Shown: positions 9,677 through 19,070 of the stretch, one piece after another | Numbering within the stretch: the first letter of the stretch is position 1 | Layout: each line of letters begins with the position of its first letter | DNA from: Vulcanimicrobiota bacterium | Lineage (GTDB): Bacteria > Vulcanimicrobiota > Vulcanimicrobiia > Vulcanimicrobiales > Vulcanimicrobiaceae | DNA: 64,000 bases | NCBI GenBank assembly: GCA_963820825.1 | Contig: CAWGBN010000006.1 | Span: forward strand, 640,001 to 704,000 | Direction of reading: 5' to 3' | Translations under genes and position numbers: made by a program | The notes under the pieces: generated by a model | What the model was told of the DNA's origin: nothing | What the model saw: only the letters and a program-made list of their open reading frames with translations | Databases searched by the model: none

Positions 9677-10147
9677 ATGAAATCTTCGTTTTCCGGTTTC
9701 GGTGCGGCCGCGTTCGTAGCTGCGCTGACGCTCGGTATTTTGAGTCTTTTCAGCCCATCGGCCGCGCGCGCCGGTGGAACGGTGCTGATCCAGCAGGCCG
9801 ACGGCCGGCGGAACGTCTACGACGACGTCGCGATCAAGGTCATTCACAACGTGCTTTACGTAACGTCGGCGGACGGTCGCGGAACCATCGTGATCAATCG
9901 AGCGGCGTGCTCGTATCAGGGCGAGCTGATGGTCTGCTTACCGACGAGTGCGGCGCTCGTGCAGTCGGGTAAGACGAGCGCGCTCGATTTCAAGTCCGGC
10001 ACGCTCTATGTGAACAGCACCGACGATCCGCTGCCGCTCACGATGTCGACGGCGAAGGTTCAGCCGCACGGCATTATCCTCTCCTTTACGACCAAGCGCG
10101 GCACGTACGTCAACTTGAGCGGCCGTATCGACAAGGTGGTGAAATAA
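9677..10147 (+). CDS. Secreted beta-rich protein with Cys pair (module copy 1, gene A)
   Basis: Signal peptide; RAACSYQ...VCLPT; paralog of 34108-34584. Confidence 0.8.
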   Translation: MKSSFSGFGAAAFVAALTLGILSLFSPSAARAGGTVLIQQADGRRNVYDDVAIKVIHNVLYVTSADGRGTIVINRAACSYQGELMVCLPTSAALVQSGKTSALDFKSGTLYVNSTDDPLPLTMSTAKVQPHGIILSFTTKRGTYVNLSGRIDKVVK

Positions 10148-10148
10148 G

Positions 10149-11018
10149 ATGAAACCTCTCTGTTTGATCATGGCGGTTCTTTTTGCGCTCTCGCCGGCGA
10201 TCGCGTCGGCGGGGAGGGGCGGTGGCGGCGGCGGACGCGGCGGCGGCGGCGGCGCTCGCGCGGGTGGCGGTGCACGACCTTCGGGCGGCGGCGCTCGGCC
10301 ATCGGGCGGCTCGCGTCCGTCGGGCGGCTCGCGACCATCAAGTGGCGCCCGCCCATCGGGCGGCGGCGGTTTCAACCTGGGCGGAGACACGGGCCGGCCC
10401 TCGGGCGGGGGCAATCGCGGCAACGTAAGTTCCGGCGCGGGTAATCGCGGTAACGGCAACGCCGGCAACGGTAATCGCGGTAACGGCAACGCCGGCAACG
10501 GCAACCGCGGTAACGGCAACGCCGGCAACGGCAATCGCGGTAACGGCAACAAGAACAACGGCAACAAGAACAACGGCAACAAGAACAACGGCAATTTCAA
10601 CAATAACAACGTCAATCGCAACACCAACATCAATAACAATCGGACCGTCATCAACAACCCGGTCAACTACGGGGGCGGAGCCTATGGTTGGAACCACGGT
10701 GCGGCCTGGTATCCCGCGAGCGGGTACTGGGGCGGCGGATTCTGGGGCGCGATGGCAGTCGGCGTTACCTCAGCTGCCGTCTACGGGTCGATCGTCGGTG
10801 CAAACAACACCACCTACAACTCCTACCAAGTACAGCCGAGCAGTCCCGGTTCCACCTTCCTGTCTAACTATCAACTCGTGCAGGTGCAGTGCGGACCGCC
10901 GAACCTGGTCGTCGTCTATGGTCCCGAGAACAGCGTGATCTGTGCGAATCCGAACAATCTCGTCTCGGCGGGCAACTACACGTTGAATACCGAGACGCTC
11001 GGGCTGACGCCGCAGTAA
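10149..11018 (+). CDS. Secreted Gly/Asn-rich repeat protein with conserved C-terminal domain (module copy 1, gene B)
   Basis: Signal peptide, RPSGG and GNRGNGNAGN repeats; C-terminal domain shared with 33146-34111. Confidence 0.8.
   Translation: MKPLCLIMAVLFALSPAIASAGRGGGGGGRGGGGGARAGGGARPSGGGARPSGGSRPSGGSRPSSGARPSGGGGFNLGGDTGRPSGGGNRGNVSSGAGNRGNGNAGNGNRGNGNAGNGNRGNGNAGNGNRGNGNKNNGNKNNGNKNNGNFNNNNVNRNTNINNNRTVINNPVNYGGGAYGWNHGAAWYPASGYWGGGFWGAMAVGVTSAAVYGSIVGANNTTYNSYQVQPSSPGSTFLSNYQLVQVQCGPPNLVVVYGPENSVICANPNNLVSAGNYTLNTETLGLTPQ
10440..10590 (+). repeat. Coding tandem repeats: about 3.5 x 30 bp followed by 3 x 15 bp
   Basis: GGTAATCGCGGTAACGGCAACGCCGGCAAC units, then GGCAACAAGAACAAC units. 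Confidence 0.85.
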
Positions 11019-11087
11019 CGGTCCGAACTCTTCAGCGGCGCTTCGCTCTCGGTCGTACACCGCAGGGCGCGGCGCCGCTCCTCTTCG

Positions 11088-12653
11088 GTGATGGCGCGTA
11101 GTCCGGCGAGTTCGTTCGCGCAGCGCGTGCAGCGCAGTGAGTTTTTGGGCGGCCTCGTCTCTTCGTTGACGCTGGCGGGCTGTGCGCGCTCCGCCGTTCC
11201 AACCATCGTGCCCGCGGCGACCGTTGCGGGCAATCGCGCCGGCAAACCTCGGGTTGTTATCGTCGGCGCCGGAGCGGCCGGCGTCACCTGCGCCTACCGA
11301 CTGTATCAGGCGGGGATTGCCGCCCGCATCTTCGAGGCGAACACCCGGGCCGGCGGCCGTACCTGGACGCTGCGGGGATTCTTTCGCGACGGGCAGTACG
11401 GCGAGCACGGCGGTCAGCTCATCGCTACGTCGCAGCATCGCGTGCGGCGGCTCGCCGCCGAGCTCGAGCTGCGCCTCATCGACCTCAACGCGCTCTATCC
11501 ACGCAACGCGGTCGACACGTACTTCATCCACGGTCAGCGCTACACGCACGACGAAGCGGCGCACGACTACGACCGCTACGTTTACGAGCCGCTCAACCGC
11601 GCCGCAAAGGCGGCCGGCTATCCGACGACGTTTTACCGTCACACTCGGGCCGGAGTCGCCCTCGACCGGATGAACGTCGACGAGTGGATAGAACAAAACG
11701 TGGAAGGCGGCGCCGGCTCGAAGATCGGCAAGCTCTTGCTCTTGGCCTGCGTGAGCGAGTATGGCGGCGAATCGCACGCTCAAAGCGCGCTCAATCTCAT
11801 CTATTTGTTCTCCGGGATGCGCCATGGCCGGCTCGACCTCTCGGGTGCCGGCGAGGATGACAAGTATACGATCGATGGCGGCAACGACCGGCTCGTTGCG
11901 CGAATGGTTGCGAAACTTCCGCGCGGGTCGGTGACGCTCGGTGCCGCACTCGAAGCGCTCGCGCGTACCTCCGACGGCTCGTATCTCTGCACGTTCGCCT
12001 CCGGCACGACGACCAAGACCGTTCGCGCCGACGTCGTGGTCCTTGCGATTCCGTTCACCGTCTTGCGGCAGGTAGACTCACGCGCGGCCGGATTCTCGGA
12101 TCGTAAGCGCCGCGCGATCGCCGCGCTCGATCTCGGTTCGAATGCAAAGGTTCACCTGCAATTCACCTCACCGTATTGGTTCAAAGAGCATTTCAGCGCA
12201 ACGGCATACGCCGACGACCTCTACCAAGACTGTTGGGACGCGAGCATCGGGCAGCGCGGGCGGGCGGGAATGCTCGTCTGTTTTCCGGGCGGTGCGGAGG
12301 GCATGCGATATACCGGCGACGCGCACGGCGCCGCGCCCAGCCACACTGCGCAGCGCTATCTGCGATCCCTCGAGCCGTCGCTGCCGGGGGCGTTACGAGC
12401 CTTCAACGGTATCGCCTACCAAGATTTTTGGATCGGCGATCCGTTTACGCGCGGCGCGTACGCTTACTACAAAACCGGTCAATACTCGACGCTCTGCGGC
12501 GTGGAGCGCCTCGCCGAAGGAGGCGTCCACTTTTGCGGCGAGCAGACCTCGCTCGAGTGGCAGGGTTACATCAACGGCGCCGTCGAGAGCGGCGAGCGCG
12601 CCGCGCACGAGATCTTGCGCGACATCGGCCTGCCGGCGCGCCTCGAGATTTAG
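11088..12653 (+). CDS. Flavin monoamine oxidase family protein, probably an exported lipoprotein
   Basis: VVIVGAGAAG, RAGGR, HFCGEQTS, GYINGAVESG; LAGC lipobox. Confidence 0.88.
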   Translation: MMARSPASSFAQRVQRSEFLGGLVSSLTLAGCARSAVPTIVPAATVAGNRAGKPRVVIVGAGAAGVTCAYRLYQAGIAARIFEANTRAGGRTWTLRGFFRDGQYGEHGGQLIATSQHRVRRLAAELELRLIDLNALYPRNAVDTYFIHGQRYTHDEAAHDYDRYVYEPLNRAAKAAGYPTTFYRHTRAGVALDRMNVDEWIEQNVEGGAGSKIGKLLLLACVSEYGGESHAQSALNLIYLFSGMRHGRLDLSGAGEDDKYTIDGGNDRLVARMVAKLPRGSVTLGAALEALARTSDGSYLCTFASGTTTKTVRADVVVLAIPFTVLRQVDSRAAGFSDRKRRAIAALDLGSNAKVHLQFTSPYWFKEHFSATAYADDLYQDCWDASIGQRGRAGMLVCFPGGAEGMRYTGDAHGAAPSHTAQRYLRSLEPSLPGALRAFNGIAYQDFWIGDPFTRGAYAYYKTGQYSTLCGVERLAEGGVHFCGEQTSLEWQGYINGAVESGERAAHEILRDIGLPARLEI

Positions 12654-15600
12654 GCGGGAAGCTCCGAGCGGGTCTGGATCGTATGGGCGTGTTGCTCGAA
12701 CGAACAGAGCAGGTTCGCCAACGCCATCTCTTCTTTCGTGCGGCAGCGGATGTCGAGCAGGCGCGGGCTGCACACGAGCACGGTCGCGGCTCGTGCGCGC
12801 GAAATCGCAACGTTGAATCGATTGCGTTCGAAGAGGAATTCGACGTTACGAGGTACGTCCTCTCCGCTCGACGTCGCCATCGAGTAGAAGACGATCGCCG
12901 CCTCCTGCCCCTGGAATTTGTCGACCGTTCCGACCCGTACGCCCGTTTCCGAGTCGACCTCGATACCGGCGTCGACGAGCTTGGCCGCAATCAGTTTGCG
13001 CTGGGCGTTATACGGCGTGACGACCACGATATCGCGTGCGGTCAGCTTGCGGGAGATGCCGGCGAGGACCGGAGGCTGCGAATCGACGACACAGCCTTCG
13101 GCAATTAACGGCAGAATCAGCCGGACGACTTCATTCGCCTCCTCGAGCGAAGAGGCTCCGTTGCCGCTATGCTCGACTCCCACGAAATAGAGCCCGGCAA
13201 GCTCTCGTGCGCCGGCCGCTACGCAGTGGATTGCGGTGGCCGGTGCGGCGTGGAGCCGGTTCTCGTACGTCGCATCGGAGACAAACGCGCAGATCTCGGG
13301 CTGCATGCGGTAGGAGACGTCGAGAAAGATCCCACGGCTGGGCCGAACCGTGCGATCCTCGCCGAGCAGATGTTCGAGAATGGAACTCTCGGCGCGCGGC
13401 GGATGCGTGCCCTGACTGACCTGTGCGAGTTGCGAGGGGTCGCCGAGCAGCACGACGTTCTTCGCGCATAACGAGTTCGCCAACGCGTCGGCAAGCGCGA
13501 CCTGTCCGGCTTCATCGATGAAGAGATAGTCGAAAGCCCCCTCGAGCTCTTCACGCGCGCAGAGCCATCCAGTTCCCCCCGCGAGTTGGTAATCGGGAGC
13601 GGCGAAGGGGTTATTTGAGTCGACCGACGTTATGAACGGTCTCTCGAGCGGCGACAGATACTTCGATCCTGGATTGCTCGACGTGTGCTTGTACAGACCG
13701 CGGAACGTTCCGCCGCGTTCGAGCATGCAGCGCTCCACGCACTGTAACAAATTGTGGATGGCTTTGTGACTGGTGCTCGTAACGGCGACACGCTTGCCGG
13801 CCAAGAGCAGGTCGCAAATTACTTGAGAGCCGATCGTCGTCTTGCCGGTCCCCGGCGGCCCTTGAATGAACGCGTAACTGTTATTTAGCGCGCCGACCAC
13901 GGCCGAGACCGATGCGGCGCTCACGGTGGCAGGCTGACATCCCTCCGTCGCCGGCGGTGTCGAGGTAAGGCGAGGGTCGCGACCGGTGAGCAGATCGTCG
14001 GTCGCCGGATGATCCTGCGCGAGTCTGCCGGCAACGAACGAGGCGGCGATTCGCTCGAGGGCGTCGCGCTGCACGTGGGAGAGAAACGGCTTGTCCGGAA
14101 TGAGTTCGTGAACGTCTTGCGCGGCGTCGAGCGCGAGCGACGTCTTGAGCCCCAACAGATTGGCATCCGTATCGAGCGAAACGATCGTTCCCGCTCTGGA
14201 TTTCGTACGCGGGTTGACGACGGCATCGCCCACCCCGAGCGCATAGCGCTGTTCGGGAAACTCGAACGTGTAGACCGTGCTGCGGGGTCCAGGGTGCGGC
14301 GCGACGTCCTCGCGTAAGCGCAGCCCTCCGATGGCGCCGCGATCGAACTCGGCGAGCCGGTCGACGTTTTCGCAGCGGTCGAAAAAGGCCCACCACGCAG
14401 GTTTATCTTCGCGTCGATGGTAGCCCATGAGTCCGCCGAGCAGGTGATGGACGGGCTGGCTGGGATCGGCGAGCAGCCGCCGCTCGAGGTCGCTGCGCTT
14501 GGCTTCCTCGCGCTCGTCTTTGCGGCGCTTTTCGCAATCGGCGCAGCCTTCCATAAACTCGGGATGGCAGCGCGCTTCGGGAAGCTTGACGGGCCGCAGC
14601 GGAAGCGCTCGATCGAACTCGCGCTCGGCTTCAACCCGGCGCGCGAGCAGCCACTCGCGTAGCAGAAACGTCGAGCGGCAGTCGTCGGAGTTATAGCGCT
14701 CGATATCGTCGAGTATCCGCTGGTCGCGTTCGACGAGCCAGCGTTCGAACATAACGATCGATTGATCGCCCTTCTTGACCTCGGTTTCACGAGTGAGATC
14801 GTAGAAGCACTCGAGATTTTTAAGACCGTAGCGCTCCTCCGAAATCGCAAGCGTCTGCCGGACCACCGCGAAGAGATCGACGAGCACCTCGCCGCGAAGG
14901 AGATCGTCGACTTCGTTCTCGCGCGTGCAGTGCCGTTGTGCCAGGCGGCGCAGTGCCTCCTTTTCATAGGCGGCATAGTGGAAGACGTGAAGATCGGGAT
15001 AGCGACGGCGCCGATCGACGATGAAGTCGATGAACGCTTCAAACGCACGCTTCTCTTCCTCGCGATCCAATGCCCAGAACGAACGAAAGGGCGGATCCTC
15101 GTCCGGCATCCAACAGCCGAAGAGGTACTCCAACGCCCGCCCCGGTTCGTACAGCGGATCGCCCTCCATGTCGAAGAAGATATCGCCCTTCGCAGGCTCC
15201 GGAAGCAGCGTAAAGCCGAGCGGTGGCACGTGCTCGAGTAATTGATAGACCGGCCGCCCGCTTTTGCGCCCTTGTACTTGAAGTGAGGCTTGCCGCCGAA
15301 GCGTCTCGTAGGTCTGCGGATTCATGCCGGCAGGTCGTTGCGTCTCCGAAGCCGAGGCGAGCTCCGCAACGCGGGCGATGCCGCTCGACTCCAGCTTGGC
15401 GATCTGATCGCGTCGTATCCGAGCGACGATGCTCAAGTGGTCGTCGCGGCGCCGTCGTCCCTCGCAGTCGGCGTCCCACGGGCAGATCGCGCAGTGCTTG
15501 ACTTTGAAGGGATACTCGCGCGGTTCCGCGCCTTCGGCCGAGACGGCTTCGTCGGAAAACTCTACGAACCGGCGTTTGAGCCGAAGGTAATAGGCCATGT

Positions 15601-16162
15601 AATCGTGCAGCCGGAACGCCTCTTCCTCACCGTCGCCGAAGACGACGTGGCCGAATTTCGGCGGCGTTTGCTGTAGGCGTTCGAGGTGTTCGCTATAACT
15701 GCAGAGCTGAACGAGGTAGTATGGACGGGCCGAGAGCCCAAGCTTCGTGTCGATGACCTCATAGCTATAGTTGCCGAGGTTTGACGGCTCGTCGACCCGC
15801 CGCAGAAAATCGGCGTGGCCGAGGAAACTGCCGTCAAAAAGCGTCGCCTGATAAATGATCTGCGCCCCGCCGCGCATCGCTTCGAGCGTGGCGTTTTCAG
15901 CTCGCCGGTACGACTCGACGCCGGTTTTGGGACGGGTGAACTCGACGACCGCGCCGGGATAGAGCGATCGCATCCGCTCCAAGTAGGCGCGTTCGTGTTC
16001 CTCACCTTTTCGCCGTAAGAGATCGGCTTGCGGATCGTCGATGCTCGGGCGCTCGAGCCGCCCTTGCGCGACGAGCGTCTCGAGGTCGGTCAGGCGTTTG
16101 CACTCGAGATAGTCGTTGAGGTCGCTCGCGGAGTAAATGAGCTGCCCGTCAAGCCGCTGCAT
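12650..16162 (-). CDS. TM0106-family RecB-like nuclease / RNase H-like / SF1 (DNA2/NAM7) helicase
   Basis: YSASDL, GHADFL, DTKL, FFDMEGDP, QGPPGTGKT, IDEAGQ, GTVDKFQGQEA, RFNVAISRA. Confidence 0.92.
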   Translation of the reverse strand: MQRLDGQLIYSASDLNDYLECKRLTDLETLVAQGRLERPSIDDPQADLLRRKGEEHERAYLERMRSLYPGAVVEFTRPKTGVESYRRAENATLEAMRGGAQIIYQATLFDGSFLGHADFLRRVDEPSNLGNYSYEVIDTKLGLSARPYYLVQLCSYSEHLERLQQTPPKFGHVVFGDGEEEAFRLHDYMAYYLRLKRRFVEFSDEAVSAEGAEPREYPFKVKHCAICPWDADCEGRRRRDDHLSIVARIRRDQIAKLESSGIARVAELASASETQRPAGMNPQTYETLRRQASLQVQGRKSGRPVYQLLEHVPPLGFTLLPEPAKGDIFFDMEGDPLYEPGRALEYLFGCWMPDEDPPFRSFWALDREEEKRAFEAFIDFIVDRRRRYPDLHVFHYAAYEKEALRRLAQRHCTRENEVDDLLRGEVLVDLFAVVRQTLAISEERYGLKNLECFYDLTRETEVKKGDQSIVMFERWLVERDQRILDDIERYNSDDCRSTFLLREWLLARRVEAEREFDRALPLRPVKLPEARCHPEFMEGCADCEKRRKDEREEAKRSDLERRLLADPSQPVHHLLGGLMGYHRREDKPAWWAFFDRCENVDRLAEFDRGAIGGLRLREDVAPHPGPRSTVYTFEFPEQRYALGVGDAVVNPRTKSRAGTIVSLDTDANLLGLKTSLALDAAQDVHELIPDKPFLSHVQRDALERIAASFVAGRLAQDHPATDDLLTGRDPRLTSTPPATEGCQPATVSAASVSAVVGALNNSYAFIQGPPGTGKTTIGSQVICDLLLAGKRVAVTSTSHKAIHNLLQCVERCMLERGGTFRGLYKHTSSNPGSKYLSPLERPFITSVDSNNPFAAPDYQLAGGTGWLCAREELEGAFDYLFIDEAGQVALADALANSLCAKNVVLLGDPSQLAQVSQGTHPPRAESSILEHLLGEDRTVRPSRGIFLDVSYRMQPEICAFVSDATYENRLHAAPATAIHCVAAGARELAGLYFVGVEHSGNGASSLEEANEVVRLILPLIAEGCVVDSQPPVLAGISRKLTARDIVVVTPYNAQRKLIAAKLVDAGIEVDSETGVRVGTVDKFQGQEAAIVFYSMATSSGEDVPRNVEFLFERNRFNVAISRARAATVLVCSPRLLDIRCRTKEEMALANLLCSFEQHAHTIQTRSELPA

Positions 16163-16248
16163 CGGTCACCATGGACCTATCATGCTCGTCCACAGTGCCA
16201 TACGCCTGGCAGTCTGCCGGCGCTACTCCGGCCTTTTGGTCGAGGTTC

Positions 16249-17256
16249 TTACGTTCCGGCGGACCGGCGCACTCCGCTCGACGACGGCGTGGCCATGAAG
16301 CCGTGCGTGGTGCCGTAGGCGTCGATATAGTAGCCGACGAGAGCCTTGTGAATGTTCACGCTGGTGACGACCGTCGTGCCGGCAGCGTTGGGATCGTCGA
16401 TCTCTTCCCACGTGGTGCCGCGCTTCCAGAGGGGCGACACCAGCAAGAACCCGTGCGTATTGTCGCTCTGATCCTTGAAGGAGCCGACGATGTAATCGTG
16501 GGCGGTTACGCCGAGGAACTGCGTGCTGACGCTGCCCGGGTACGAGAAGTTGGTATAGGTGCCGTTCTTGCGCAAGAAACCGACGGTCGTCCCCGAGACG
16601 TCCATATACCCGACGACGTCGCCCGTGCCGTTGATGCCGGTCGCGACGATCTTGTCGCCTTGCGGCGGGACGATCGGATCGTACTTATCGAGCGCGACGT
16701 TGAGCTCGAAGGAGCCGCTTCCCGACGGAGACTTGTAATAGCCGACGGCCGTTCCGTCGTCGTTGATGCCCAGGATTTGGGTGATCGTTCCCTTGCCGCG
16801 CGCGTGCGGCTCCTGGTAGGTCCACCAAATGCCGTTGACCAGCAAGAATCCATACGTCTTGCCGCCCGAGGAGACGTAGTAACCGGCGATCATCTTCGTA
16901 TTATTCAGACACGTGGGAATCGTATCGTGCGCCTTGGGATAGACGACGGACTGATAGTTTACGCCGTTGTAGGGCGGGATCGCGTTGTAGCCTTCGCTCG
17001 GGTCGCTCGCCACGCCGCTGCCATAGTAGCCGACGATGTGGCCTTCGTTGTTAATTCCGAGCAAGCGGTTGACGGTTGAATAGGCGCTGGGATCGTCCAG
17101 CGTCGTAAAGTTATAAGAGACCGTCGAATCGGGGACGGCACCGGCTCCTCGCTCCGCTTGGGGAAGGACCGATCCTGTGGAAGAGGCCGTGCCGCTGCAG
17201 GCGGTCAGGGCGGCCAAAGCGCAAAGCGCAAGCGACTGACGATAGAAAGCCCTCAT
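16249..17256 (-). CDS. Secreted lipoprotein with HAF-like (GIN..G..VG) repeats
   Basis: LTAC lipobox; repeated GINxxGxxVGYY...THGFL. Confidence 0.8.
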   Translation of the reverse strand: MRAFYRQSLALCALAALTACSGTASSTGSVLPQAERGAGAVPDSTVSYNFTTLDDPSAYSTVNRLLGINNEGHIVGYYGSGVASDPSEGYNAIPPYNGVNYQSVVYPKAHDTIPTCLNNTKMIAGYYVSSGGKTYGFLLVNGIWWTYQEPHARGKGTITQILGINDDGTAVGYYKSPSGSGSFELNVALDKYDPIVPPQGDKIVATGINGTGDVVGYMDVSGTTVGFLRKNGTYTNFSYPGSVSTQFLGVTAHDYIVGSFKDQSDNTHGFLLVSPLWKRGTTWEEIDDPNAAGTTVVTSVNIHKALVGYYIDAYGTTHGFMATPSSSGVRRSAGT

Positions 17257-17349
17257 CGCGAACGATTATGCCATGAAAAGCGTGCGTTAACGCGTGAACG
17301 AAAGCGCCACGCTCGATTAAAAAAAAGCGCGTTAACGACGACGCAACGC

Positions 17350-17401
17350 TTGCAATCCTACCGCCTTTGTGGTACAAAGTCTTTGGCTTTGCACTGCAAA
17401 G
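17350..17401 (+). promoter_or_regulatory. Sigma70-like promoter overlapped by two CTTTG-N5-CAAAG palindromes
   Basis: TTGCAA(17350)-17 bp-TACAAA(17373); palindromes at 17365-17379 and 17387-17401. Confidence 0.6.
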
Positions 17402-17415
17402 TAAAAGGGAGGGAG

Positions 17416-18015
17416 ATGGAGCTGCAGCGTGCGCTCTCCGATCTCGCGGAGGTCCGGGATCGGCTGGTCCGGGTTCAGCGATTTGAGGGTTATTCGGCGG
17501 CTGCCGCGATTGCCAGCGGCGCCGGCGCACTCATCGCCGGCTACGTTCAGCGCCAGATGGTTCCCTTGCCCGTGCTGCCCGAGGCGTTGCACCGCTACGT
17601 CGTCATCTGGATGACCTGTCTCGCGTTCGCGCTTGCGCTTAACTACGGCGCCGTCACGGTCTGGGTTTGGAGGCATCGCGGTCCGGGTGCGGCGAGCGGC
17701 TTTCGCTCGGCGGCGCGTTCGATTGCGCCGAGCGTCGTGCTCGGCGGCCTTTTGACCGTTGCGTTGATCGACCGCGGGGCGTATAGCCTTTTGCCCGGAA
17801 CCTGGTTTGCGCTCTACTCGCTCGGGCTCTTCGCATCACGCGACGTCATCCCCGAGTCGACCTTTCCGATCACGCTCGGCTTTGCCGCGCTCGCCGCGCT
17901 CTTTCTCGTCTCGCCGCTGCAGAGCGTGGCGCTCGCGTGGTGGGTGATGCCGCTCGGATTCGGCACCGGTCAAATCGCGGTCGGCGGATTGATCTGGCGG
18001 GAGCGCGCGCCGTGA
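17416..18015 (+). CDS. Membrane protein
   Basis: GGGAGGGAG RBS; MELQRALSDLAEVRDRL; about six TM segments. Confidence 0.75.
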   Translation: MELQRALSDLAEVRDRLVRVQRFEGYSAAAAIASGAGALIAGYVQRQMVPLPVLPEALHRYVVIWMTCLAFALALNYGAVTVWVWRHRGPGAASGFRSAARSIAPSVVLGGLLTVALIDRGAYSLLPGTWFALYSLGLFASRDVIPESTFPITLGFAALAALFLVSPLQSVALAWWVMPLGFGTGQIAVGGLIWRERAP

Positions 18016-18377
18016 GCGATCCGCGCGAAGCACCCTTCTCGTACCCCGGGCTGGAACGGATCTTCCACGAGCGCGGCCGGCTGGCGATCTGCACCTGTCT
18101 GATCGCCCATTCCGATGGACTCAGCTTTACCGAACTGGCGGCGGCATGCGATCTCTCCGACGGCAACTTGAACCGGCACGTGCACGCGCTCGCCGATCTC
18201 GGAATCGTCGCAGTCGAGAAGCAGCGTGCGACGGGACGGCCGCAGACGATCTATCGCATCACCAAACGCGGGCGGCAGCGCTTTCTCGCCTACGTCGACG
18301 AACTCGAAGCGGTCGTGCGCGACGTTCACGAGCGATCGCAGCGCGCGCTCGTGAATCCGAAGCTGGCGACGACGTGA
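18012..18377 (+). CDS. Winged-helix (MarR/ArsR-like) transcriptional regulator
   Basis: IFHERGRLAI, SFTEL, LSDGNLNRH, YRITKRGRQRF. Confidence 0.85.
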   Translation: MSDPREAPFSYPGLERIFHERGRLAICTCLIAHSDGLSFTELAAACDLSDGNLNRHVHALADLGIVAVEKQRATGRPQTIYRITKRGRQRFLAYVDELEAVVRDVHERSQRALVNPKLATT

Positions 18378-19066
18378 CGCCGCAGCACGTCGCGATCGTC
18401 ATGGACGGCAACCGGCGCTGGGCCGCCGAGCGCGGGCTGCCGATATCCTGCGGCTATCGTCGCGGAATCGCCGCCCTGCGGCGCACGCTGCGCGCGGCGA
18501 GTCTTGCCGGCGTGCGCGTCGTAACCGCGTATGCCTTCTCGGAGGAGAACTGGGAACGCCCGGCCGGCGAAGTCGGGTTGCTGATGCGCCTTTGCGCGCG
18601 CGCTGCGCGCGGCGAACTGCGTCGCCTCGCACGGGAGAACGTTCGCGTGCGCCTCTGCGGCCGCACCGAACGTTTGCCCGCGAGCACGCGCGTCGCGCTC
18701 GAGGGTCTGGTGGCGGAGACGGCGCAGAATCGCGGGATTCTGCTCAATCTCGCGATCGACTACGGCGGCCGGCGAGAGATCGGAGACGCGGTGCGTGCGT
18801 TGGTCGAAGAGGTGCGTACCGGCGTACGCGAAGCGTCGTCGATCGACGAGCGCGCGCTGGCGAGCCGCCTCTACACGGCGGGTCTTCCCGATCCCGACTT
18901 GATCGTCAGAACGGGGGGCGAGTTGCGCCTCTCGAACTTCTTGCTCTTCCAATCGGCATACGCGGAGTTTTGGGCGACGCCGACCTATTGGCCCGACTTC
19001 GGCGAAGCCGAGCTCAAAGCCGCGCTCGACGACTTCGCCGCGAGACAGCGCCGCTACGGAACCTAG
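18374..19066 (+). CDS. uppS: Polyprenyl (undecaprenyl) diphosphate synthase
   Basis: PQHVAIVMDGNRRWA, FSEENWERP, RTGGELRLSNFLLFQSAYAE. Confidence 0.93.
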   Translation: MTPQHVAIVMDGNRRWAAERGLPISCGYRRGIAALRRTLRAASLAGVRVVTAYAFSEENWERPAGEVGLLMRLCARAARGELRRLARENVRVRLCGRTERLPASTRVALEGLVAETAQNRGILLNLAIDYGGRREIGDAVRALVEEVRTGVREASSIDERALASRLYTAGLPDPDLIVRTGGELRLSNFLLFQSAYAEFWATPTYWPDFGEAELKAALDDFAARQRRYGT

Positions 19067-19070
19067 ACGG

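Noticed and set aside
10440..10590. CRISPR-like array
   Set aside because: Contiguous in-frame coding repeats without spacers; no cas genes
9938..10666. Leu/Pro-rich antisense ORF (likewise 33549-34151)
   Set aside because: Shadow frames of the Gly-rich repeat genes
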